Assembly (NCBI GenBank): GCA_044892505.1
Contig: CM097882.1
Span: forward strand, 257,424,001 to 257,488,000
DNA length: 64,000 nt
Direction: 5' to 3'
From: Schmidtea nova
Taxonomy: Eukaryota
The position numbers were made by a program, and so were the translations under genes. Shown here piece after piece: positions 53,393 through 64,000 of this stretch. Below the pieces are notes generated by a model. It did no database searches and was not told the DNA's origin. It was given only the letters and a program-made list of their open reading frames with translations. Numbering within the stretch: position 1 is the stretch's first letter; each line of letters begins with the position of its first letter.

Positions 53393-53830
53393 GTTGAAGT
53401 TGAAGTGATAGTAGTAATTAGTTTGGTGGTTTACTGAAGTTAAGTTTTTGAAATTGACTGGTCTTTATATAGTATCTTCCCGATAACGTAAGCCAATCAG
53501 CTTCCTGTCACCCCCGTAATTGGTTGAAACAATTACAAAATTTATCCATTTAAATTTGATTTTTTGACCAATTATTTTTTATTATCTTTTTTATTTCCTT
53601 TATTTATTTTACATTTATTCTCTTTTTCAGTGGTTGTATTAACCTAACAATCTATATTTTTAAATTTTCAAATTTTAATTAATTTTCATGGTTTAATTAT
53701 TACTTTTAAAATGTCTATTTTTTATTGATTTTTATGAAGTTTTTGTGCTTTTAATTTTTGTATTTGAGCTTATTTTATTAAACCCCAACATACCACTCAC
53801 CTTTAATTAAGATTCGACCTCGAATCTGTC
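53393..53830 (-). mobile_element. PPT plus truncated LTR of the 13540 family
   Basis: Minus strand GATTCGAGGTCGAATCTTAATTAAAGGTGAGTGGTA|TGTTGGGGTT; CTGATTGG and TATATAAA near 53500-53464. Confidence 0.7.
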
Positions 53831-53837
53831 TATATGA

Positions 53838-53891
<54 letters not shown>

Positions 53892-55008
53892 TCATGGTCT
53901 ACTTCAGTGTAGTGATACCATAATAAATATTACTTTATATTTCCGCGATGATGTGAAAATTAAAACTCAAAAAACTATTAATAGTAATGATAATAATAAT
54001 TTATTTAGACAATCTCATTAATGAGATATTAATTTTTTGTTAATATTTTTCCGCGTCAAAATTTCTCGGAAATCTCTTCGGTCAATCCTCCTATACAATA
54101 AAGTATCGCGCGATATATAATGGAACTCCCTTTAAAATATTTCATTATAATTTTGAAATTATGATTCTGTTATTTTGCCTGTTTTATTTATTTATTTTAT
54201 TTATTATTTTTTGTCTTATTAGCTACCGAATTTAATGAAAAATTGTATGTAGGAAACGCTAGTGCTTATTGACACCATAATTTATTATCAACAGCTTTAG
54301 CATCATACGGAGCTCTAAATTAGCATTCTTGCTTACACATTAATTCTATCGTATTTCGTTATCCTACACAACAGCCATCAATATCTTGTAGGTTTTTTGT
54401 ATTTTCTTTTTTTCGGAAACGTAAAAATCAACTTTTTTACATATATCTAATACTTAGTAAATTCAAAAAATGTGACTGTCATTTTGCAGGCTTTATTTAG
54501 ATAATAATGAATAATTTTTATTAATTTAATTTATTAAATTGCACATTAAATTTTTTTTTAAATATTGTATACAATCGATTAATAACACCGTCTTTCCCAT
54601 TTTTTGTATGTAAATAGCTTAATAAACTGTGATGAAAAGTAATAATATATAAAAATAACAAACTAACCATCAGTATCTATCACTAAGACATTTGCGAAAT
54701 AATATTATCTGCAATTAGCTAGTTTCCAAAAGCACGGCAGTAATTTTTACACCTGAGTATCAATTCCATAATCGATTGCATAGGCCAACTTGCTCAAATC
54801 AATACCATTATTACTGGTATATACCAATTGTCATCTTTGATGTGCTTAACAAAAACAGCAAATATCGTTATTAGAAATAATTTCACTTTTAAATATATAA
54901 TTTTGTAACCTAATTATTTTAAAATTTAGATATATAATTATTCTAGTTTAGTATTTATCTATGATCGAATTATATATAAATATATTTGTAAATTTATAAT
55001 TAATTAAA

Positions 55009-55054
<46 letters not shown>

Positions 55055-55467
55055 TTTAATAACAACTAGTTGGTCACATTCAAAAGCTTTTAGATTTTAA
55101 GATACTTACGCAGTACTGAATGATCATGATATTGAATTAAAAATTACCATCAATACAAATGTTTCTATTCTAATATTTTGTTTTCAAATTCATTAGTTGT
55201 TCAAAATAGAATTCTAATCTTGCAATTTAAACAAATTTAATAATTTTCATTTTGAACATTAGTAATCGAACAAATGTTAGAATCTGTAATTTATATTTAA
55301 CTTTGCATTAAATAGCATGATTAAATTCAATAATATTTTAAAAGCCAGAGTTTTTAAATTTCAGGAAAAAATAGAAATTAACAAGAGTAAGTTAATTAAT
55401 TTTAATAAATAGATTTGTAATATTTTTATTTTATTTTGTTACATAACACATGAAGCGAAAATTAGTA

Positions 55468-57553
55468 CAGTCGACTCCGCTTATAAGAATAAGCCCGGAC
55501 CAAATAATAGGCATTCTTATACGCGGAGTATTCCTATATGGAGAGTTAGACCAATATTAACTTTAAAGTATGGAGTTTTTTATTGTCAAATTAATAATTA
55601 AAATATCAAAGGACATACAATTATGCTTTTATTGTTTAAAAAATCTGTAATTTTCCGTTGTATGCGATTATTGTATGCATTTTTCTCGATCATATCTGCA
55701 ACTGCATAATACTCGTCGTATTCTGTAATATCTTGCTCCAAATAATGTCGAATAGTCACGAGCGCGTGTAATGCTTCTTTATGAGTTACTCTGGGTGCCT
55801 CAAACAACTGCACCCCATTAAGTTCTTCATGGTCATTGTCGTCATTCACTTTTTGGTGCTTACTCTGTACTTTATCGCAAATTTCAGCATTGGTTGACGT
55901 GCCATAGCATGCGACTTCATTATCGCAGTCTACGAATGCTTCAAAATCCTCTTGCAAGACTGCTTCTCCTAGCTCGGTAGTAGCTGATTGAATTGGGAAT
56001 AAATCATCTTTATGATATTCTAGACAAACAGTTTGAAAACCAGCCTTTCGGAAACAGTTTCGGATCGTGGCTGGCGACACAAGTAACCACGCCTGCTTCA
56101 GTATGTGCAAGGAAACTAGCACGTCAATTGATTTTGCGTAATCAATAATTAAGTATTCTTCTTCGATGGCCTGAAGCATTTGCCGCATCTCTTGCGTTCT
56201 GTAGTGAACTTTCATAGTACGGATGATTCCTTGATCCAACGGCTGTATAAGAGACGTTGTGTTCCGTGGTATAAATGCCAATTTAATATTATTGAGCTTT
56301 CCTTCCATTTTATGACAAGCAGCGTTTTCGGCAAACAGAATGATTTTTCTCACGCCAAGCTTCCGATCAAATTCAATAAGAATACTAGGCCAAATTCGAC
56401 TGGTCATCCACGCATTACTGCTGTTAAAATATGGCAAAGGCGGTCAAGCATTTCGAAAGCAGCGTGGATTTGCGAATTTCTCAACTGCGTATGCTTTCTT
56501 TTCAGTACCGTTAGAGTTGCAGATAAGAAGCACAGTCATTCGTTCTTTAAGCGCTTATCCGCCAGTTGGTTGAGTACCAGTTGCAGCAAACGTACCAGAG
56601 GTTGCTGCTTTGTAGAATAGGGATGTTTCTTCGGCATTAAAGATATTTGATTCATCGTACCCTTCAATCAAGGTGGGCAAGATGTTGACAATCCAATTTT
56701 CAGCCCCGGTATGATCTGCAGCAGCTCTTTTGCCGACAATTTTCATGAATGTAATGTTATGCCGAATTTTAAGACGCCCTAGCCAGCCATTAGTTGGAAC
56801 AAATAACACATGCCCAAGCATCACTGCTAACTTCCGCGCCTTTTCCATCATTAATGGGCCATTGATCACAGCATTTTGCTGCCGCATTTGAAAAAACCAT
56901 TCCATCAGCGCATCGGAAATTTCTTCATTTGGACTTGCCCGTTTTCTTTTTGGGTTCAGATTCCCGTTTGTTAGAGCTTCATGGCGGATCTCTTTTTTTG
57001 CTTTCTTTTTTTTTGGAGATTGTAGATTGACTCACATTAAACTTCTCAGCAACAGCAGGTTGCTTTTCGGATTTTAACGCTTCCAAAACTTGTAGCTTTT
57101 TCTCAATTGTAAGCGTGTTTCTTTTCGAAGCATTAGCCATGATACTGATACATAATAATTATTTATATAATAAAATCAAACATACGCTTTATAATGTAGC
57201 AAACATAAACATTAAATAAAATATGTTTTTATTCACGGTAATGACCTTTAATATAGCAGCATAAAAAATTTGCACTTAAAAATTCTCAAAAATTCAGCCA
57301 ATAAACAAGCGTCGACATGCTCACTACGATGATGCTTATTGTATTGATACATGTAAATATGCACTTAAGCGGAGTTTAATTCGAAAATCAATTTCATTTC
57401 ATATTCTTATATGTGGAGTATTCTTATATCCGATATTCGTTTAAGCGGAGTTCTCACTATATAAAAATTGCAAAAAAAATCCGGGACATATAAATTCCAT
57501 CATTATAAGCGGAGTATTCCTATATCCGATATTCTTATAAGTGGAGTCAACTG
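55468..57553 (-). mobile_element. pogo/Tigger-like transposon, transposase pseudogenised (57140-55598)
   Basis: TA|CAGTCGACTCCGCTTATAAGAATA ... TATTCTTATAAGTGGAGTCAACTG|TA; CENP-B-type HTH (TLTIEKKLQVLE), PTNGWLGRLK and QPLDQGII; frameshifts. Confidence 0.95.
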
Positions 57554-58310
57554 TAACTCTAAATTACAAAATCAAATATTTTAATAAAATCTAAATTTAT
57601 TTATCTTATTAAGCATCATTTATATCAGGTTTTTCGAAAAAAATAGTTTTAGGTTATTAACAAAATGGTTGGTTGTCAAAAGTATCTGAACTTGAATTTC
57701 TATGGTAACAAATTTTAATTAGCGATCAGGTAGAATTTCCTTTAATTATCCATTGTTATGCAATGAAATATACTCGTGAACGCGTGACTGGATACATTCA
57801 CATTTGTTGGTGTATGGTTTGTAAAAATTGTTTTTTCTAGGGATTGCTTTAACAAATATTAGATATAACTCACCGTGTATCTATAGCTACTTCTTGGTAA
57901 ACTATGTTGGTAATGTACACAGTGGCGTGATAATTCAATGAGCAGACGAGCTATCGATTTTCCCTATCTTGATCAACTATAAATTGTGGTGTGTATGTAT
58001 ATAGTGTTGGTGCATATACATTGTTCTTCTTAATATTATCTTGTGTTTTTAATGAATTTTACAATACCTTTTTTTAGTGCGTGTGTATTTTTGAGGCGTT
58101 AAAACAATCAGAAATTCCACTTCAACTAGCCCAGCAATAATCTTTTGAAAATTCTTTGATATTTATTTACTTTGTCATTTATCACTAATTTTTAGTCTGT
58201 CTAACTTTATTTTATTTTTACTCGCAAAATTCAATTATTCAGTTTTTAATTAATTTGCATTAACACTAACAATATTAGTATTATAATAAAGTCAATATTA
58301 TATCTAAACA

Positions 58311-58947
58311 CAAATGCCAATAAAAAATTATATTCTGCTAATTATATTCTGATAAATTCCTTCTCATCATTAGGTACTATTCAGTCAACCATTACAATAT
58401 AAATTAAATAAATTGATTTTCAAACCAATTAATCATAACTTTTTAAAAAAGATGCAATATATAATTTTATAAAATAGCCAGAACATTTAAAACGATAAAA
58501 TTATTTTTTTAAATATTTTTTTTTTTGATCTTTGTTCTATACTCGTCAAATTATTCAAATTTCATTGGCGAAATGCGACCTACTTTAGAAAAGACTGATC
58601 GTCTTTTCTCTACTTTAGTTTTAGAAAATTGTCAATTGATGATGATGTGTTTGGTCTTAAATCATACTTATTTATAAATATGGGAATATTTATGAAATAT
58701 TTTTAAAAAATATATTTTTTTTAAAAAGAATATGGTTTTTAAAGATTAATTTATCTAAATTAAAAATAATTTTATCGTTTTAAATGTTTTGGCTATTTTA
58801 GAAAATTATATATTGCATCTTTATTAAAAGGTTATGATTAATAATCTATCTATTTGATTTAGATTGGAATGGTTGAATGAATAACACCTTATGATGAGTA
58901 GTTTCTCGAAATATATTGTGCAGAATATAATTTATGGTTGGCGTTTG
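58311..58947. repeat. ~195-bp inverted repeat (58311-58512 / 58759-58947) with a ~245-bp spacer
   Basis: AAGATGCAATATATAATTTT.TAAAATAGCCA.AACATTTAAAACGATAAAATTATTTTT is mirrored; both arms carry ATGATGAG. Confidence 0.85.
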
Positions 58948-59301
58948 TTTTTAATTATTCCAGTGCCATGTTTGTTGTGTTATGTAATGAAGAAAAATAT
59001 AATATTTAAATAATCAGTTCCTCAAACCACATGAAGCATTTGACACTAATCAAGATTGATGATAACGATAATTTCTGCAAAATAAATTTCAATTTTTAGC
59101 ATTTTCAATTATTAATAATGTCAGATTTTCTACTTATTTTAATAAATATTTAAAAAATTAAAAATATCATAAATATTTAAGGTTCTCATATTAATAATAA
59201 TCAATTGTTTGACTATATCATTGAATATACAATATTTCTCATCTTAATTTAAATTGATTATTTATTTTTTGTGTCAATTTACATAGAAATTTTCAATTGA
59301 A

Positions 59302-59535
59302 ATGAAACTCAAAGTGAAAAATACTGACGGAAATCGAATTCAGATATTTTTGAACGAATTTGACACCTGCGAAATTTTGAAACTGAAAATCGAAAAAGGT
59401 TTGGGAATCACTCCAGAAAATCAAAAACTGGTGTTTAATAAAACAATATTAGAAGTGAATAATATTCCTCTAAAAAATTATGGATTATGCGACGAATCTA
59501 TAATTGATGTTTTCAATTATTCTAGGTATCAATAA
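59302..59535 (+). CDS. Ubiquitin-like domain protein, 77 aa, no C-terminal GG; possibly the first exon of a host gene
   Basis: MKLKVKNTDGNRIQIFLNEFDTCEILKLKIEKGLGITPENQKLVFNKTILE...LKNYGLCDESIIDV aligns throughout with ubiquitin; possible donor AG|GTATCA near 59523. Confidence 0.85.
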   Translation: MKLKVKNTDGNRIQIFLNEFDTCEILKLKIEKGLGITPENQKLVFNKTILEVNNIPLKNYGLCDESIIDVFNYSRYQ

Positions 59536-59897
59536 TTTATTATTAATTTTACGTTGTATATTCTTGTTTTAATTTTGACTGCAATAAGATCAATATTTTG
59601 GTTTTAATTACATTTTAGTTTGCATATATTGTTACTATTATTAACAATAGGTCCATAATTACTTGATAGATGTGAGAATTGTAAACCTTATTTGGTACGA
59701 TTATACAAATATAATAATAATAAATAAATACCAACAATAAATAATTATAAATAAAAACAAATAATGATAAATAATAATAATAATAAATACAATGAATGAC
59801 AAATAATAATATTAATAATAATTATTATCTGAAATATAATTACTTAAATAAACATGGCAAAGATTTAATAATTGAAAAGGCCACTCATATAACCTTC

Positions 59898-59960
<63 letters not shown>

Positions 59961-60229
59961 CGACTGACTCCTTGCCATCGTTAGGCATTAGTCATACAGA
60001 TAAAACTGTCATTTCAACTTATATAAACAAAATATAAAATTATTTTTTTTAAAAAAGTGTTATTTAAAAATATGTCTAAAATTAATTTTTTATTAAAATG
60101 ATTTACAAATTTTTCAATATTAACAACTTTTAAAATTGTTAAAATTGTTTATTCAAAATAAATTAATTTTAACAAAATTTTATCATTCAATTTAATTAAT
60201 ACAACAAAACACATATTAACACACAACCT

Positions 60230-61410
60230 ATTTAAAAACATTCAAAATACACGTGTTCACAGCATTAATTTTAGTATTCAACGATCTTTTCAACAACGCT
60301 TCACATATAATGCGTTCATAATGATTATTAAGATCTTTTGATGATATTTTAAAATCAGGTATCCAAAAAACTATAATAATTCAAATAAAAGAAACAAATT
60401 AGAAAATATAATTAGAAAGAGTTTAACATTTATTATATAATTTTAATTTATTAAGAATCAGACCATAAATTAATTTTAAAATGATTAATTATTAACAAAT
60501 TTTATTTAAAATTTCTAAAATATATTAAAAAAATACTTAAAAAATTTTATTTATTAAATTTTAATAAAACTAATTTCATCATTGAATATAATTAATACAA
60601 CAAAACACAAATATTTAAAAACATTCAAAATACACGTGTTCAGAGCATTCTGCACATTAATTTTAGGATTCAAAGCTCTTAGCAATAACGCTTCACATAT
60701 AATGCGTTCATAATGATTATTAAAATTTTTTGATGAGATTTTAAAATCAGAAATGCCAATCTTTCTATTACAGATTTTATTATGATCACTAATATTGGAC
60801 ACTCCCTTCGGTTGACCATGTTCAAGAACTCGAGTACAGCGATGACGGACAGTCTCTCCGATGTACGTGGCATTACATCCATTACATGGAAATTGATAAA
60901 CGAGATCTGAATACAATCCAACCGGAGTTTGTGAGTTATTAACAAACATACTACTCCTTTTGCACTAATTATAGACAATCCGAAAGTTTAAACCACTCAA
61001 TTGCTTTCCTATCTTCTCTTTTATACTCTTTAAAACTTCTCCAAATTAAGCAATACCATCGTTATTTTAGTCTTTTCTTGTTTGATAGATCATAAAATAC
61101 TGTTTATTCCATCATGCGAATTATCAATTTTATTAGATTCACGCTGACAAGGATCCTTAGCATTATTTATACATTTATCAATCGTTTCTCTCATCATAGT
61201 CATCAAAAATCGCTTTGAATAACCATTCTTTATCTACAATTCCAATAGTTTATCTATACTTTAAACAGAATTTTTGAAAGTTGAAGACACCATGATCAAT
61301 AAATCAATCCTTTTACCATATTACTCTTATATTTAAATTCACAAAAACTATCATTTTAAAATTAATTTGTGGTTTGATTCTTAATAAATTAAAATTATAT
61401 TTAAAAAATT
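60230..61410 (-). mobile_element. Penelope-like retroelement 3' fragment with GIY-YIG endonuclease and pLTR-type repeats
   Basis: LVYQFPCNGCNATYIGETVRH...RVLEH...ERIICEALL...NPKINVQ (60620-60920); decayed RT C-terminus (KNGYS) upstream; the 3' end is partly duplicated at 60230-60360 and inverted at ~61352-61405. Confidence 0.9.
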
Positions 61411-63287
61411 TGCATGAGTTTGAGACAATTAATGTGGTGTTAAATAAATAAACTGTAAAATAAATAAACAAAACTTTAATTTATTAATTTTATTTAGAAT
61501 TTTAATTTTATTTAATTAGAATCCTAATTTTATTAGAATATTAATTTAATTAGAATCTTTTGAATCTTTTTAATTTTATTTTTTATTAATTTTTTATTGA
61601 TTATTATTGATTATTATTATTAATTATTATTAATTATTATAATTAATTATTAATTATTATTAATAATTAATATTTATTAATTATTAATTAATATTAATTA
61701 TTAATATTAANNNNNNNNNNNNNNNNNNNNNNNNNNNNNNNNNNNNNNNNNNNNNNNNNNNNNNNNNNNNNNNNNNNNNNNNNNNNNNNNNNNNNNNNNN
61801 NNNNNNNNNNNNNNNNNNNNNNNNNNNNNNNNNNNNNNNNNNNNNNNNNNNNNNNNNNNNNNNNNNNNNNNNNNNNNNNNNNNNNNNNNNNNNNNNNNNN
61901 NNNNNNNNTTANNNNNNNNNNNNNNNNNNNNNNNNNNNNNNNNNNNNNNNNNNNNNNNNNNNNNNNNNNNNNNNNNNNNNNNNNNNNNNNNNNNNNNNNN
62001 NNNNNNNNNNNNNNNNNNNNNNNNNNNNNNNNNNNNNNNNNNNNNNNNNNNNNNNNNNNNNNNNNNNNNNNNNNNNNNNNNNNNNNNNNNNNNNNNNNNN
62101 NNNNNNNNNNNNNNNNNNNNNNNNNNNNNNNNNNNNNNNNNNNNNNNNNNNNNNNNNNNNNNNNNNNNNNNNNNNNNNNNNNNNNNNNNNNNNNNNNNNN
62201 NNNNNNNNNNNNNNNNNNNNNNNNNNNNNNNNNNNNNNNNNNNNNNNNNNNNNNNNNNNNNNNNNNNNNNNNNNNNNNNNNNNNNNNNNNNNNNNNNNNN
62301 NNNNNNNNNNNNNNNNNNNNNNNNNNNNNNNNNNNNNNNNNNNNNNNNNNNNNNNNNNNNNNNNNNNNNNNNNNNNNNNNNNNNNNNNNNNNNNNNNNNN
62401 NNNNNNNNNNNNNNNNNNNNNNNNNNNNNNNNNTTAATTTAAATTTTTTTAAAATTTTATTGGAATCTTAATTTTATTTAATTAATTAAAGTTTGGTTTA
62501 TTTATTTTACAGATTATTTATTTTACACCACATTTTGAGACAATTAATGTATTATTAAATGTTTGGCTTTGAATTGAAATAAATAACATTGGTTTTGTTA
62601 AGTTTAAATTATTTTTAGTAAATAATTTAAAAAAATTTATAAAATTGAAAATGATTTAAAAAAAATAATTTTAAAATGTGTTTTTATTAAAGAAATATTT
62701 AAAATTTATTTTATTATATTTAATAATTTATGTGTATAAATCTAAATGACAATTTTTCATGTGTGATTATTCCCTAAAGAAGATAAGGGTCTATCGAATT
62801 ATTTAATAAGTTATATGATTGGCATTTTTCTTAAATAATAATAATACTGCCCCATCCGAAAATATGATATTCATTTAAAGAATAAAATAAATTGAAATGT
62901 ACGGACGGAGGAACTAAGAAATTATCGGATCTCTTTCAAATATTTACTATTATTGATTAAGAAATTAAAATCACATCAAATAAAAAGGGCTGAGCAACCA
63001 TAATGCAGCATAATCATTCATTTCAGTTATCAGTCATAACAAAATGCGACTCAGTTTTGCTATTAGATGACAAATAATCGATATTAAAAAGGCAGCAACT
63101 TCAATTTTTGGCACGGAAATTTTTAAATATTTAGTAGAACTATAAATGTTGATTAATTAACTTCTAATAATAACATATAATTAACGTCAATATCTTACTT
63201 ATGTCTTTAAATTACTTTTAATTCAATTATTTTATTGGAAAATTGTTTAAAACAACAAAACTTTTGCAAATGATGTGTTTAGGCAGA

Positions 63288-63340
63288 GGGGTTGCCGGAA
63301 AAAAAAGCCAACGGAAAAAAAGCCAACTAAAAAAAGTTTC
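63288..63340 (+). mobile_element. Possible Mutator-like terminus
   Basis: GGGGTTGCC followed by (GGAAAAAAAGCCAAC)x2; no partner end or ORF. Confidence 0.3.
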
Positions 63341-63613
63341 AAATGTGTAAATAAAAGCTATGTATTTAATTTATATGTATTTACTATGCTCAATCTATAC
63401 TCAAAAATGGTTTGTTTGAAGTGTGCTAAAATTTAATTTATTCATTCATAATTTTTAATATTTTAAATAATAGAATAAAATAAATAAATATCCCTCAGTT
63501 TCTTCGTGGTGTCAGTCATAACATCAGATTTGGTCAACCATTGTGTAAAAAATAATAATAAAAGTAATAATTATGAAAATTTGTCTACTTAATTTAAATT
63601 TTCATTTGAAACA

Positions 63614-64000
63614 CAGGGTTATTCCAAAATATATATAAATTATTCCGAAATATATATATAGTATTCCAAAACATATATAAATTATTCCAAAATATATATA
63701 ATCTATTCCAAAATATATATAAATTATTCCAGAATATATATACGAAATACGTTTTTAGTGAATATACAATACCCGTCCTCCGCTATCGTATAAATCAGTT
63801 ATTGTTAATTTATATATCAATTTATATTTTAAATTTCTTAAACCATATGGAAAAGCAACAGAATCTTAATACTCGTGAAAGGCGTGAAGATACAGTACCA
63901 ACAGGTCCCGTGCGGAAGAAAAGAATCAACGTCTCAGTTGATATGATTAAATATTTTAAAAATATGGTCACAAAAGCTACCCCAATCAAAGAAATTGCAT
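63614..64000 (+). mobile_element. Probable left end of a Tc1/IS630-type element with six 21-bp repeats and an ORF running off the window
   Basis: CAGGGT then TATTCC units at 63620, 63641, 63662, 63683, 63704 and 63725; ORF from 63848 MEKQQNLNTRERRE...KRINVSVDMIKYFKNMVTKATPIKEIA (HTH-like start). Confidence 0.5.

Overview
Very AT-rich eukaryotic DNA with (ATT)n and (TA)n microsatellites and three N gaps, made up almost entirely of nested transposable elements. The repertoire (Ty3/gypsy, BEL/Pao, Penelope, Merlin, piggyBac, hAT, Tc1/IS630, pogo) suggests an invertebrate such as a triclad flatworm; this is inference only. The standout is a young Ty3/gypsy-type LTR element at 3623-13117 with a 1006-bp 5' LTR, a tRNA-Trp PBS and a TTAT target duplication. 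Its coding order is Gag (4 CCHC knuckles), two tandem [helical, possibly CARD-like + ubiquitin-like] modules, an AT-hook/NLS, a Bcl-2-like domain, a signal/anchor, a chuvirus/gB-type (class III) envelope glycoprotein, protease, RT and the start of RNase H. The envelope and an apparent apoptosis-modulating cassette therefore sit between gag and pol, in frame with pol. This copy has lost RNase H, integrase and part of the 3' LTR through a deletion. Other notable items: a phased palindrome array (2726-2986), an array of bulged UANA-loop hairpins upstream of orphan ORFs in an LTR-like unit (45334-47980), an intact Merlin transposon with an 8-bp TSD, a ubiquitin/NEDD8-like sequence inside a BEL/Pao remnant, and a DEDDh exonuclease ORF cassette at the left edge. 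No rRNA, tRNA or CRISPR array was found. All domain calls come from by-eye motif alignment, not database searches.
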